Shown here: piece by piece, positions 42,414 to 53,115 of the stretch
How positions within the stretch are numbered: position 1 is the stretch's first letter
Layout of the letters: each line of letters opens with the position of its first letter
Assembly (NCBI GenBank): GCA_002403385.1
Contig: DHHR01000079.1
Location: 1-61,608, forward strand
DNA: 61,608 nucleotides
Origin: Syntrophaceae bacterium UBA4767
Lineage (GTDB): Bacteria > Desulfobacterota > Syntrophia > Syntrophales > UBA4767
Reading direction: 5' to 3'
Translations under genes and position numbers: made by a program
The notes under the pieces: generated by a model
Databases searched by the model: none
Told to the model about the DNA's origin: nothing
What the model saw: only the letters and a program-made list of their open reading frames with translations

Positions 42414-42563
42414 ACGACCGATACTTGTTGCCATAACCATCAATGTTTTTTTGTTTTCTCACTAACCTTCTCTTCAATCAATAAAATCTGCTTTTGTTTT
42501 AGTTAGCCAAAATATAAAAACTCTGTTATTTTTTCAAAGTCATCAAGCCAAGGAAAAGCAAAA

Positions 42564-44996
42564 ATGTTTGCAAAAGTAGTTATCAATATCCCCCTAGAAA
42601 AAGTTTTTTCCTACAGGATTCCCATTCCATTGGAAGAGCAATCAAGCATTGGAAAACGAGTTCTTGTCCCCCTTGGAAAAAGGAAGGTAACCGGCTTTAT
42701 TGTGGAACTGTTGAATCTAGAAAACTTTGAAGGTTTGCCTATCAAAGACATCATTGAATTTCTTGATACTGAACCGCTTTTTAACGAAGAAGATCTAAAA
42801 TTTTATCGCTGGGTATCTCAATACTATATGTCTCCCCTTGGCAAGGTCATGGCCGAATTTTTACCAGGCGGCATCGATATAAAAAGCAATCGTTGGATTA
42901 CTCTCAAACAGGAGAATATCGAAAACAAAAATCAGAATTTATCCGCAACCAAGCAGGCGATTGTTGAGCGCTTAAAATTATTTCCGAAAGGAATATCCTT
43001 TACCCGTCTAAGAAATGCTCTCGGCGCTAAAGATATCTCTAAAGACTTAAGAGAGCTTCTGGATGCGCAACTAATTGAGGTGGATAATAAACTACAAAGA
43101 ACGGGAATTGCCCGCAAGAGGGAAAAGATAATTAAATTATCCGATAAAATAATAGATCGTTCCCGATGGACGACAAAGCAGATTTCCGTCATTGACTTTA
43201 TCCAGCGCCACGGCAGCACCTCTATGAACACCCTTCGTGATCAGTTCAAACATGTGTCTCACATCATAAAAAAATTGGAACAACACAACATTATCGAGAT
43301 TTATGAAAGGGAAGTTTACCGTCTGCCGGATCGTCCCCCCAATATTAGTGGATATTCCGGGAGCATCTCCCTCAACGAATTTCAAAGAGCAGCTCTTCAT
43401 GAGATTCTTCATAATCTCAAAGCAGAAACATTCGACGCCTACCTCCTTCACGGCGTTACAGGAAGCGGAAAAACAGAAGTCTATCTTCACGCTATCGAAG
43501 AGGCGCTCAAAACAAACGGAGGGGTAATTTACATGGTTCCAGAAATCGCTTTGACGCCGCAACTTTTGAGCCGCATAAACCAGAGATTGACTGACATAGA
43601 AATTGCGATACTTCACAGCGGCATACATAAGGTTTCCCGATATGATCAATGGAGAAAAATTCAAAATGGCGCGATCAAGCTGGTCATCGGCGCTCGGTCC
43701 GCATTATTTGCCCCTGTCAGAAATTTGAAGTTGATCATTGTCGATGAAGAGCATGATTCTTCCTACAAACAAGATGACCGTATCAGATACAACGCCCGTG
43801 ATTTGGCTATTGTGAAAGCCAAAGTTCATTCCGCAACGGTTGTCCTCGGCTCCGCCACGCCGGGAATTCAAACATTCTTCAATGCCAGAAATGGGAAATA
43901 TAAATATTTAACCCTTCCTCGTAGGGTGGAGGGCAGAGACCTTCCACAGGTCGAAGTGGTTGACATGAAAAATCATAAAGATGAAAATGGAAAACTTCCC
44001 ATTTTGTCACGACCATTAATAGATGCTATCCAATATACCCTAAAAGAAGGCAAACAATCCTTACTTTTTTTGAACAGACGAGGTTTCAGCACGATTATGG
44101 TTTGCTTCGATTGCGGATGCAAGCTTAAATGTCCTAACTGTGAGGTATCCTTAACATACCATGCGGCTGAAGAAGTTCTGAAATGCCACTACTGCGATTT
44201 TACCATCAAGGCTCCTCCCATCTGTCAGGGCTGCAAGGGGCATAACATCGGAAATTACGGTGTGGGAACGGAAAAGCTGGAAGATGAAATAAAGAAGCTC
44301 TTTCCCGAAGCCAGAGTTGCCAGGATGGACAGTGATACCACAACAGGCAAGGAAAGTTACGGAAAACTGTTACAAGCTCTCGATAAACGCCATATTGATA
44401 TCCTCGTCGGCACCCAAATGATTACCAAGGGTCACGACTTCCCAGGCATTACATTGGTTGCCGTTATATCTGCCGATGCAAGCTTGAACTTTCCAGATTT
44501 CAGGGCCGCGGAAAGAACCTTTCAATTGTTAACGCAGGTTTCAGGCCGTGGCGGTCGAGGAGATGCTCTCGGAAAGGTCATTATACAAACGCTCAATCCG
44601 GAACATTACGCCATCAAACACGCACAAAATCACAATTATGATGGTTTTTATGCCGACGAAATAATTTTCAGAAAAATGCTTTTCTACCCTCCCTTTTCCA
44701 GGCTTGTCAATATTCAACTTTCAACCTTAAATAAAAGTAAGGGAACTCAGTACGCTAAAAAGATCGGTAAATTAACCGAGGATATTTTAACAGACACAAG
44801 TTCGCTTAAAAAAATCGAAATGCTCGGTCCCGCGGAAGCTCCTCTTGCCAAGATCAGGGGGAGATACCGCTGGCAGCTTCTCCTCAAAGGCGAAGACATA
44901 CATTCCATACATACGGTAGTGGGCAAGCTTCTGTCGAAAGTTTCGCATAACGGGTTGGATATAAAAGTAGATATTGATCCAGAAAATTTTATGTAA
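42564..44996 (+). CDS. priA: Primosomal protein N'
   Basis: GVTGSGKTEVY, DEEHD, LGSATP, LNRRG, four CxxC pairs, GTQMITKGHDFP. Confidence 0.98.
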   Translation: MFAKVVINIPLEKVFSYRIPIPLEEQSSIGKRVLVPLGKRKVTGFIVELLNLENFEGLPIKDIIEFLDTEPLFNEEDLKFYRWVSQYYMSPLGKVMAEFLPGGIDIKSNRWITLKQENIENKNQNLSATKQAIVERLKLFPKGISFTRLRNALGAKDISKDLRELLDAQLIEVDNKLQRTGIARKREKIIKLSDKIIDRSRWTTKQISVIDFIQRHGSTSMNTLRDQFKHVSHIIKKLEQHNIIEIYEREVYRLPDRPPNISGYSGSISLNEFQRAALHEILHNLKAETFDAYLLHGVTGSGKTEVYLHAIEEALKTNGGVIYMVPEIALTPQLLSRINQRLTDIEIAILHSGIHKVSRYDQWRKIQNGAIKLVIGARSALFAPVRNLKLIIVDEEHDSSYKQDDRIRYNARDLAIVKAKVHSATVVLGSATPGIQTFFNARNGKYKYLTLPRRVEGRDLPQVEVVDMKNHKDENGKLPILSRPLIDAIQYTLKEGKQSLLFLNRRGFSTIMVCFDCGCKLKCPNCEVSLTYHAAEEVLKCHYCDFTIKAPPICQGCKGHNIGNYGVGTEKLEDEIKKLFPEARVARMDSDTTTGKESYGKLLQALDKRHIDILVGTQMITKGHDFPGITLVAVISADASLNFPDFRAAERTFQLLTQVSGRGGRGDALGKVIIQTLNPEHYAIKHAQNHNYDGFYADEIIFRKMLFYPPFSRLVNIQLSTLNKSKGTQYAKKIGKLTEDILTDTSSLKKIEMLGPAEAPLAKIRGRYRWQLLLKGEDIHSIHTVVGKLLSKVSHNGLDIKVDIDPENFM

Positions 44997-45017
44997 CAGG
45001 TCCCAAAGATAATATCT

Positions 45018-45953
45018 ATGAAACCAAAAATTATTTACATGGGAACAGCAGAATTCGCCGTACCCTCATTGAAGATACTCGTTGAGAATAATTATCCCAT
45101 TTGCGGGGTAGTAACACAACCAGACAGACCAAAGGGAAGGGGGCAACATCTGCGTTCATCGCCAGTAAAGGTTTATGCCCAAACAAAGCAAATACCCCTC
45201 TACCAACCGGAAAAAGTAAAAAATGAAGATTTCCTGAAGCTCTTCAATCAACTTGAGCCTGAAATGGTGGTGGTAGCGGCATTCGGACAAATTCTCCCGA
45301 AAGAAATAATCGAAGGCCCCCGCTATGGTTGCATCAATGTTCACCCCTCCCTTCTTCCCAGCTATCGAGGAGCTGCGCCCATCAACTGGGCGTTGATCCA
45401 TGGCGAAGAAAAAACGGGAATTACTATCATGCAGATGGACGAAGGCATCGATTCTGGCCCCATACTGCTTAAGGAAGAAACTTTAATCCGGCCTTGCGAG
45501 ACATTTGGCGAACTAAACCTTCGCCTATCCATTATGGGCGCAAAATTACTCCTGAAAACGATCCGGATGATTATGGACAACACGGTTGTTAAAACACGGC
45601 AAGATGCTTCCCTTGCCACCTATGCCCCCAGATTAACCCGTGAAATCGGTCTCATTAATTGGGATAGTGATGTCAATCGGATCGTCAACCTCATTAGAGG
45701 ATTATCGCCGGTTCCCTGTGCCTATACCTTTCTTGATGGGAAAAAACTGAGGATATTTAAGGCGACAGGCGAGATAACTCTTACAACTGCAGCTCCAGGC
45801 TCCATCGTTGAGGCGTCAGAAAATGCCCTGAAGATTGCCGCGAGAGACGGCTGCCTCTGCTTGATTGAGGTTCAATTGGAAAGCAAGAAAAGGATGAATT
45901 ACAGGGATTTTTTGAGGGGCTGCCATATCAAAGCAAACTCTATTTTAAAATAG
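45018..45953 (+). CDS. fmt: Methionyl-tRNA formyltransferase
   Basis: MGTAEFA, TQPDRPKGRG, NVHPSLLPSYRGAAPI, MDEGIDSG. Confidence 0.98.
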   Translation: MKPKIIYMGTAEFAVPSLKILVENNYPICGVVTQPDRPKGRGQHLRSSPVKVYAQTKQIPLYQPEKVKNEDFLKLFNQLEPEMVVVAAFGQILPKEIIEGPRYGCINVHPSLLPSYRGAAPINWALIHGEEKTGITIMQMDEGIDSGPILLKEETLIRPCETFGELNLRLSIMGAKLLLKTIRMIMDNTVVKTRQDASLATYAPRLTREIGLINWDSDVNRIVNLIRGLSPVPCAYTFLDGKKLRIFKATGEITLTTAAPGSIVEASENALKIAARDGCLCLIEVQLESKKRMNYRDFLRGCHIKANSILK

Positions 45954-45969
45954 GAATGGAAACGGATTG

Positions 45970-47313
45970 ATGGATAAGGCACCCCGCGGTGTGGCCGTGC
46001 AGATATTGAATCGCATCGACACAAGCCATGCCTATGCCGAACCACTGGTGGATACATGCCTGGCCTCAGGTTCGCTGCCGCATCTAAGCGATAAAAAACT
46101 TCTCACCCACATCGTCTATGGAACGCTCAGGATGAGAGGATTCCTAGATTGGGTCATCCAGCATCACTATAAAGGCGAATTTTCAAAGATAGAAGTTGGA
46201 ATTAAGAATATTCTAAGGACGGCCGTTTATCAATTCTGGTTTACAGAAAGAATTCCTGAGTTTGCCGCTGTCGATGAGGCCGTCAAGATCACAAAATTCC
46301 TGTATCCCGAAAGAGCAGGCCTCGTCAATGCCGTTTTAAGGAACATTATCAGGAACAAGGAGAGGATACCCTTTCCTGAGTTCCAAACCAACCCGGCTTT
46401 GCATATTTCGGTCTTGCATTCTCACCCCCTCTGGTTGGTAAAAAGATGGCTTGAAACCTTTGGACCTCAAGAAACTCAGGCGCTTTGTGAAGCCAACAAT
46501 AAAATACCGCCGCTTGCGCTGCGGGTTAATCGTCTAAAAATTACAAGGGAAAAGATGATCGAACATTTTAATCACAAAGGGATGAATGTCTCTAAAACCC
46601 GCATTTCTCCTGATGGGCTTATTTTATCCAACCTTACCGGTGCAATTCGCAGTATGTCCGACTACCGTATGGGATATTTCCAGCCTCAGGATGAGGCTTC
46701 TCAGATGATCGCCTATCTTGTCTCGCCCAAACCTGGAGAAATCATTTTGGATGTCTGCGCGGGAACAGGCGGCAAAACCACCCATCTTGCTGAAATCATG
46801 AGAAATCAGGGAATGATAACGGCCATTGATAACAACAAATCTAAGATTACGGCCCTTCAAGAAAACCTAAAGAGGCATGGGATTCGTATTGTGGACTGTT
46901 TCGCTGCCGATGCAACGGCAGATTTAGGGACATCATTTTACGGGAAATTCGACCGAGTTCTCGTGGATGCTCCTTGCTCAGGTCTTGGCACACTACGGCG
47001 GAATCCGGAAATAAAATGGCGCCTTACCCCTGAACACCTGCCCAAGACCGCCAATCTACAAAGGCGCCTTTTGAACGCTTGTAAAAAATATCCGAAAAAA
47101 GGGGGCTTTCTTATTTATAGCACCTGTTCCCTCATGAAGGAAGAAAATGAAGAAGTGATAAAAAGCTTTCTTGACCAAAACAAGACCTTCTGCCGAATTT
47201 CCCTTCCAGGCCAGATTAACAACCATCTTATTGATCATGAGGGGTTTTTTAAAACATATCCCCACCGTGACGATACGGATGGCTTCTTTGGCGCTTTTCT
47301 TAGAAAAATTTAA
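45970..47313 (+). CDS. rsmB: 16S rRNA m5C967 methyltransferase RsmB/Sun
   Basis: NusB-like N-domain, QDEASQ, CAGTGGKT, DAPCSGLG.LRRNPE, YSTCS...EENE, DGFF. Confidence 0.96.
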   Translation: MDKAPRGVAVQILNRIDTSHAYAEPLVDTCLASGSLPHLSDKKLLTHIVYGTLRMRGFLDWVIQHHYKGEFSKIEVGIKNILRTAVYQFWFTERIPEFAAVDEAVKITKFLYPERAGLVNAVLRNIIRNKERIPFPEFQTNPALHISVLHSHPLWLVKRWLETFGPQETQALCEANNKIPPLALRVNRLKITREKMIEHFNHKGMNVSKTRISPDGLILSNLTGAIRSMSDYRMGYFQPQDEASQMIAYLVSPKPGEIILDVCAGTGGKTTHLAEIMRNQGMITAIDNNKSKITALQENLKRHGIRIVDCFAADATADLGTSFYGKFDRVLVDAPCSGLGTLRRNPEIKWRLTPEHLPKTANLQRRLLNACKKYPKKGGFLIYSTCSLMKEENEEVIKSFLDQNKTFCRISLPGQINNHLIDHEGFFKTYPHRDDTDGFFGAFLRKI

Positions 47314-47438
47314 CAGCGGAAGGGATCTGAGAGTTGTCTCCAAAGCTAAGCATCTCAATTTTATTGACTTTCCCAAGTCAAAAGTGATAGGGGAAAGTAC
47401 GGTTTTTGATTCCCTATTTTTTTAGAAAAACAACTTAG

Positions 47439-47594
47439 GATGGTCTCGTAAAAAGGCGGGGATATCACCTTGAGCTGTTTGTCCTGAGTTTACCGAAGGG
47501 TCGAAGGGTGAACATAAATAATTGATATTACGTCATGATTCAACAGGCTCACCATGACAAAACCCGCAAATTTTGACTTTTTACAATTTTGTCA
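47439..47594. repeat. Degenerate MITE/REP-like element
   Basis: Ends GATGGTCTCGTAAAAAG ... CTTTTTACAATTTTGTCA (imperfect IR); internal CCTGAG..CGAAGGG and GTCATG..CAGGCTCACCATGAC units; CTTAG on both flanks. Confidence 0.6.
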
Positions 47595-47607
47595 CTTAGG
47601 ATTTTTG

Positions 47608-48234
47608 ATGTTTGTAAAGCAATTGCAGGTTGGCCTCTTTGCCGTTTTTGCTTATATCGTCGGTGATGAGGAAACAAAGGAAGGATTGATCATCGATCCG
47701 GCGGCTAATATAGACGGCATTCTATCGACGGCAAAGAGAATGAATATTGATATCAGGTATATTGTCAACACACATGGTCATGTAGATCACGCCGCCGGCA
47801 ATGCGGAAATGAAAAGAAAAACGGGCGCGAAAATCGTCATTCATCAAGATGATGCGAACCAGCTTACTTCAACTCCCGCTTTGTTTCTCAGAATGTTCAG
47901 GGCAAAAGCATCTCCACCGGCGGATATACTCGTCACGGATGGAAGTCTGATTTCATTGGGAAAGACTTCTTTGAAGGTCATTCACACCCCGGGGCATTCC
48001 CCCGGGGGGATCGCTCTATATTCAGGCGGATGCGTGTTTACGGGAGACACGCTTTTCGTAGGATCGGTGGGAAGAAGCGATCTTCCCGGCGCTTCATGGC
48101 CTGTAATGTATCGATCCATCCAGAAGTTATTTACGTTACCAGATGAAACTAAGGTATTGCCAGGCCATAATTATGGACCGACGCCTACATCAACGATAGG
48201 GCACGAAAAGAAATACAATCCTTATATCCAGTGA
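47608..48234 (+). CDS. Metallo-beta-lactamase fold hydrolase (glyoxalase II-like, YcbL/GloC type)
   Basis: THGHVDH, HTPGHSPG, GDTLF.GSVGRSD, PGH; the upstream ATG at 47554 lies in the repeat. Confidence 0.92.
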   Translation: MFVKQLQVGLFAVFAYIVGDEETKEGLIIDPAANIDGILSTAKRMNIDIRYIVNTHGHVDHAAGNAEMKRKTGAKIVIHQDDANQLTSTPALFLRMFRAKASPPADILVTDGSLISLGKTSLKVIHTPGHSPGGIALYSGGCVFTGDTLFVGSVGRSDLPGASWPVMYRSIQKLFTLPDETKVLPGHNYGPTPTSTIGHEKKYNPYIQ

Positions 48235-48246
48235 ACGGGAACGAAG

Positions 48247-49146
48247 ATGAAACAAACTGGTTTGATGAAGACAGACTTTCCAGAGCTAAAATTAGTTTCC
48301 ACAGGGAAGGTGAGGGATATTTATGAACTGGATGGCAACCTTCTCATTGTTGCCACAGACAGAATTTCCGCATTCGATGTCATTATGCCCAATCCGATCC
48401 CCGGCAAGGGTGAGATTCTAACCACCATGTCTGCCTTCTGGTTTAATAAGATGAAAGATGTTATTGAAAACCACCTTATCTCCGTTGATCCCGATGAATT
48501 CCCCTCCGAATGCCGCCTTTACAAAGAAATACTACGAGGGAGAAGCATGTTTGTGAAAAAAGCAAAGCCGCTGCCGGTAGAATGCATTGTGAGGGGATAT
48601 CTGGCCGGTTCCGGATGGAAGGATTATTGCGATACAAAGACCGTGTCGGGCATTAAACTTCCCGATGGACTGAAAGAATCGGCAACGCTTCCCGAACCCA
48701 TCTTCACGCCTTCCACCAAGGCCCCCGAAGGAGAGCATGATGTGGCCATTACCAGGACACAAATGGAGCGCATGATCGGGACAAAACTGGCGGAAAGGAT
48801 CATCGATATCAGTCTGGCTATTTATGGGCGCGCTAAAAGAATAGCGGATGAAGCCGGCATGATCATTGCCGATACCAAAATGGAATTCGGCATAGCAGAC
48901 AATAAACTCATTCTCATCGACGAACTGCTTACACCGGATTCTTCAAGATTCTGGCCCAAAGCAGACTATGAAGAGGGCAGGTCACAAAAGAGTTTCGATA
49001 AGCAATTTCTGCGAGACTATCTTCTTTCAATCAAGTGGAACAAAAAACCTCCTGCGCCGGAACTTCCGGACGATATCATAGTAAAAACGAAAGAGAGGTA
49101 TAAGGAAGCTTTGTATCGCCTCACTACCCATTATAGTAAAAATTAA
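48247..49146 (+). CDS. purC: SAICAR synthetase
   Basis: [49 protein letters not shown]. Confidence 0.98.
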   Translation: MKQTGLMKTDFPELKLVSTGKVRDIYELDGNLLIVATDRISAFDVIMPNPIPGKGEILTTMSAFWFNKMKDVIENHLISVDPDEFPSECRLYKEILRGRSMFVKKAKPLPVECIVRGYLAGSGWKDYCDTKTVSGIKLPDGLKESATLPEPIFTPSTKAPEGEHDVAITRTQMERMIGTKLAERIIDISLAIYGRAKRIADEAGMIIADTKMEFGIADNKLILIDELLTPDSSRFWPKADYEEGRSQKSFDKQFLRDYLLSIKWNKKPPAPELPDDIIVKTKERYKEALYRLTTHYSKN

Positions 49147-49201
49147 ATGTAACCTGAAAAAGAAAAAAATATTTTTGAGCGGAGGAAAACAAATAAGCTC
49201 A

Positions 49202-50251
49202 ATGAAAAAAAGTTGTTATTATGAAATCCTTGGAGTTGAAAAAGATGCCACGGAGGATGAACTAAAAAAAAATTACAGAAAACTGGCCATGCAATATCAC
49301 CCAGACAAGAATCCCGGAAATGGCGAAGCGGAAGAAAGATTCAAAGAGGCGGCAGAGGCATACGAAGTTCTAAGCAACAGGAACAAAAGGGAAAGATACG
49401 ATCGCTATGGGCGTGAAGGTCTAGGTGGAGCAGGGTTTAGAGGGTTTGAAGATATATTTTCAAATTTTGGAGATATATTCGATGATATCTTTGGTTTTAA
49501 CGGCAAAAGGTTTCGTTCGAAAACCGCACCTCGGCCGGGCGCCGATCTGCGCTACGATCTTAGACTCTCTTTCACGGACGCCGCCTTTGGTTTTTCAACA
49601 AAAATCGACATAGAAAAATCTGATCTTTGTCATCACTGCCAGGGTACAGGAACAGCGCATGGCTCGAAACCTCAAACTTGTGGCTATTGCCACGGAAAGG
49701 GTCAAATAACCCAATCAAACGGATTTTTCAGCATCAGCAGTACATGCCCAAAATGTCAGGGGTGTGGAGAAATCATCACTGAACCATGCAATATATGTAT
49801 GGGAACGGGAAGAGAAAAAATCATAAAGGCCATAGATATTAAAATACCTGCAGGTGTGGAAACAGGAAACCGCCTGAGACTCCGTGGAGAAGGAGAAAGA
49901 GGTTATTTTGGTGGACCCAGCGGGGACCTTTTCATCTTCATTCATGTGGAACCTCACGATTTTTTTGAGAGGCATGGCAACGATATATACTGCCGTATTT
50001 CTATTTCTTTCGCTCAAGCAGCTCTCGGCGCTACAATACAGGTAGCCACCTTAAACGGCACCCAAAAAGTGAAAATCCTAAAGGGAACGCAAAGCGGCAC
50101 GGTTTTTCGCTTGAAGGGAAAAGGCATACCTCACTTAAAGGGATATGGTCGTGGAGATCAACTTGTTGAAATAATTATTAAAGTTCCCACAAAACTAAAC
50201 AAAAAACAAGAAGAGCTTCTGAAAGAATTTGACGAGTTATCGCATAAATAG
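49202..50251 (+). CDS. dnaJ: Chaperone DnaJ (class A)
   Basis: J-domain HPDKN, four CxxCxGxG repeats, IPAGV, GDLF, C-terminal domain. Confidence 0.95.
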   Translation: MKKSCYYEILGVEKDATEDELKKNYRKLAMQYHPDKNPGNGEAEERFKEAAEAYEVLSNRNKRERYDRYGREGLGGAGFRGFEDIFSNFGDIFDDIFGFNGKRFRSKTAPRPGADLRYDLRLSFTDAAFGFSTKIDIEKSDLCHHCQGTGTAHGSKPQTCGYCHGKGQITQSNGFFSISSTCPKCQGCGEIITEPCNICMGTGREKIIKAIDIKIPAGVETGNRLRLRGEGERGYFGGPSGDLFIFIHVEPHDFFERHGNDIYCRISISFAQAALGATIQVATLNGTQKVKILKGTQSGTVFRLKGKGIPHLKGYGRGDQLVEIIIKVPTKLNKKQEELLKEFDELSHK

Positions 50252-50279
50252 CTTAACAGTGTTTTAAAAAACATTTGTA

Positions 50280-50699
50280 ATGGAAAGGAAACATCATATG
50301 ACAGACAGAAGAACAAAGGGATTATCTTTATTATTGGCAAGTTTCTTCATCTCAGGGTGTACAGCCTTGGCGGTTGGCGGCGCGGGAACGCTTACAGGAA
50401 CAGGCACGTATGTTTATCTCAATAGAGAGTTAACAACCGATTATTATTATTCTTTCGACAAGGTCTGGGAAGCCTGCGAAAAAACTGTTGCAGAATCACA
50501 TGGTGAAGAGGTTTTACCCCATAAGGAAATTGGTTTTGGAACAATATCCGCCCTTCTTTACCATGAAGAAGTTAAGATAACGATAAAATATAAAGCAAGA
50601 AATGTTACAACCGTTGCCGTCAGGGTTGGCCTGATGGGCAACAAACGGTCTTCACAATTACTGCATGATAAGATACTGGCAAATCTATCCCCCAAATAG
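50280..50699 (+). CDS. Lipoprotein, DUF3568-like
   Basis: Lipobox FISGC, glycine-rich GGAG..GTG, C-terminal VRVG.MGN..S motif. Confidence 0.7.
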   Translation: MERKHHMTDRRTKGLSLLLASFFISGCTALAVGGAGTLTGTGTYVYLNRELTTDYYYSFDKVWEACEKTVAESHGEEVLPHKEIGFGTISALLYHEEVKITIKYKARNVTTVAVRVGLMGNKRSSQLLHDKILANLSPK

Positions 50700-50723
50700 A
50701 ATAAAAGTTGGATCGGTTTCTTC

Positions 50724-51698
50724 ATGAGAAAAAAATTGATTCTAGGCGCCCTTCTTAGCATCTTTCTTGTTTACCTGTCCGTGAAAGGTATTCGCATACT
50801 CGATGTCGTAAATGGCTTTAAATCCATCCAGCACGGCTATATTATCCATGCTTTGCTGATAATGTTTATAATACAGGCATTAAGATCGTTTCGGTGGGGT
50901 GTCATACTCGAACCTTTGGAAAAAATTGATCAGCGTTCCCTTTTTTCCGTTACCAGCGTAGGTTTTCTAGGCATAATCGCCATGCCCGCAAGATTGGGTG
51001 AGTTGGTTAGACCTTATCTAATAACAAATAAAAGTCATGTTCAATTCTCTTCTGCCATGGGAACCATATTTGTTGAGCGCATCATGGATGGCATAAGTAT
51101 TCTTTTTATCTCTTTTAGCGCCTTGTTTTTTGCGCCCACTCCCACAGGGCTGCTTAAGCCAAGTCTCATTCTTTTTTTGATTCTGCTGATTATCGTTGTT
51201 GGCGTGTCCTTCATCATCAGCAGGCGACATGATATTCAGACATTTCTAAATCCCTTTTTAAATAAGATATCCCCCAATGTTGTCCTGAAATTAAAAAACT
51301 TGATTAACCGCTTTATTGACGGCTTTAAAATTATGAACGACCCCAAACGCCTGTTTCTCTCCATCGCTCTGTCTGTTATCATATGGACAATAAACGCCAT
51401 GGCTATTTACACCCTTTTTATGGCTTTTGGATTCCAACTACCCATTGCAAATGCCTTTATACTCATGGTTATTCTAATCATCGGCATCGCCCTGCCCACC
51501 GCCCCTGGCTTCGTCGGCAATTGGCATTTTCCCTGTGTTTTAGGCCTTAGTCTATTCGGTATTCCAAAAGCAGAGGCGCTTAGTTTCGCCGTTATATATC
51601 ATTTTCTGTCTGTTGGCATCATCATCGTTCTTGGCCTGCTATTTCTTCCCTTTAACAAGGTTCCCTTTCCCGATCTTGGAAAATTATCTTTAAAATAA
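50724..51698 (+). CDS. Lysylphosphatidylglycerol synthase TM / flippase-like (UPF0104) protein
   Basis: RSFRW, PARLGELVR, ERIMD, PTAPGFVG, many TM helices. Confidence 0.88.
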   Translation: MRKKLILGALLSIFLVYLSVKGIRILDVVNGFKSIQHGYIIHALLIMFIIQALRSFRWGVILEPLEKIDQRSLFSVTSVGFLGIIAMPARLGELVRPYLITNKSHVQFSSAMGTIFVERIMDGISILFISFSALFFAPTPTGLLKPSLILFLILLIIVVGVSFIISRRHDIQTFLNPFLNKISPNVVLKLKNLINRFIDGFKIMNDPKRLFLSIALSVIIWTINAMAIYTLFMAFGFQLPIANAFILMVILIIGIALPTAPGFVGNWHFPCVLGLSLFGIPKAEALSFAVIYHFLSVGIIIVLGLLFLPFNKVPFPDLGKLSLK

Positions 51699-51714
51699 TC
51701 TCTTGCATTACGGA

Positions 51715-53082
51715 TCACTCACCTTTCGCATCAAGATTGTAGATTTTAATTTTTTTGTGAAGATTACTCCTTTCCAAGCCTATTGCTTCCGCAGTTTTTG
51801 ATATATTGCCCTCATTCTCCTGAAGCTTTTTCGCTATATATTGTTTTTCAAAATCCATTTTAGCCATTTTAAAAGAATCCATAGCGCACCACGATTCTTG
51901 TTGCCCCACAGCATCACGACTCCCTCTCGATAATGGTGGGATGTCAGCCGGTGAAATAACGCTTGAGGGCGTCATGATAACCAGCCGTTCAACGATATTC
52001 TTTAGTTCTCGGACATTCCCCTGCCAGTCATGTTCCATCAATAAAGCTAAAGCGCTGTCCGTTATTGTTTTCTTTACATTTCCTTCTTTTGCTGCAAATT
52101 CTGCGAGAAAGCGATCCACTAAAAGAGGAATATCTTCCTTTCTATCCCTCAGGGGCGGAATTTGCAATGGAATGACATTTAGCCTATAGTAAAGATCCTG
52201 CCTAAAACGTCCCTCCTCCATTTCTTTTTCAAGTTCTTTGTTGGTTGCCGCGATAACACGTACATCCGTTACTATCAACTTGGAGCTCCCCACCCTTTCA
52301 AACTTCTTCTCTTGGAGGATCCTCAAAACCTTTGCCTGAGCCTTCAGGCTCATATCCGCGACTTCATCAAGAAAAATCGTCCCCTCGTGAGCCAATTCAA
52401 ATTTTCCTCTGCGTTTCTCTGTAGCCCCCGTAAAAGCGCCCTTTTCATGTCCAAAAAGCTCGCTCTCTATGAGTTCCTCAGGTATGGCGGCACAATTTAC
52501 TTCAATAAACGGTTTCTGCGCCCTTTTGCTCTGTCTGTGGATGGCGCGGGCGACAAGTTCTTTTCCCGTGCCGTTTTCTCCCATAATCAAGATCCACGCA
52601 TTGGTCGGCGCAATAAGATTGATCATCTCCTTTAATTCCAATATCGGCGGACTATTGCCGGTCAATTCGTATTCTTTTAAAACCTTCTGTTTTAATAAGA
52701 TGTTTTCCTCTTCAAGACGGAGCATCGCAAGCGCATTATGTACGACAATAACCACCTTTTCCAGCGAAAGAGGTTTCTCTATGAAGTCAAATGCCCCTAT
52801 TTTAATAGCCTTCACTGCCGTCTCAATGGTGCCATGACCGGACATCATAACAACTCCAACATGGGTGTGCTCCGACCTTATCCGTTTCAAGGTTTCGATC
52901 CCATCGATGCCCGGCAGCCAGATATCAAGAAGCACAAGGCTGATAGAATCTTCTTCTATTGTCTTTAGCGCTTCCTCTCCGCTTCCAACCGACAGGACTT
53001 CATAACCTTCGTCCTCGAGAATACCGGTCAGAGATTGGCATATGCTTTCTTCGTCATCGACGATAAGAATTGTTTTATTCAT
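51715..53082 (-). CDS. ntrX: sigma54-dependent response regulator, NtrX-like
   Basis: Receiver (LLDIWLP, MSGHG), GENGTGKE, intact GAFTGA, GNVREL, Fis HTH. Confidence 0.88.
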   Translation of the reverse strand: MNKTILIVDDEESICQSLTGILEDEGYEVLSVGSGEEALKTIEEDSISLVLLDIWLPGIDGIETLKRIRSEHTHVGVVMMSGHGTIETAVKAIKIGAFDFIEKPLSLEKVVIVVHNALAMLRLEEENILLKQKVLKEYELTGNSPPILELKEMINLIAPTNAWILIMGENGTGKELVARAIHRQSKRAQKPFIEVNCAAIPEELIESELFGHEKGAFTGATEKRRGKFELAHEGTIFLDEVADMSLKAQAKVLRILQEKKFERVGSSKLIVTDVRVIAATNKELEKEMEEGRFRQDLYYRLNVIPLQIPPLRDRKEDIPLLVDRFLAEFAAKEGNVKKTITDSALALLMEHDWQGNVRELKNIVERLVIMTPSSVISPADIPPLSRGSRDAVGQQESWCAMDSFKMAKMDFEKQYIAKKLQENEGNISKTAEAIGLERSNLHKKIKIYNLDAKGE

Positions 53083-53115
53083 CAGAGATTTGGGTTCTTA
53101 AAATTATTTCTTCCC

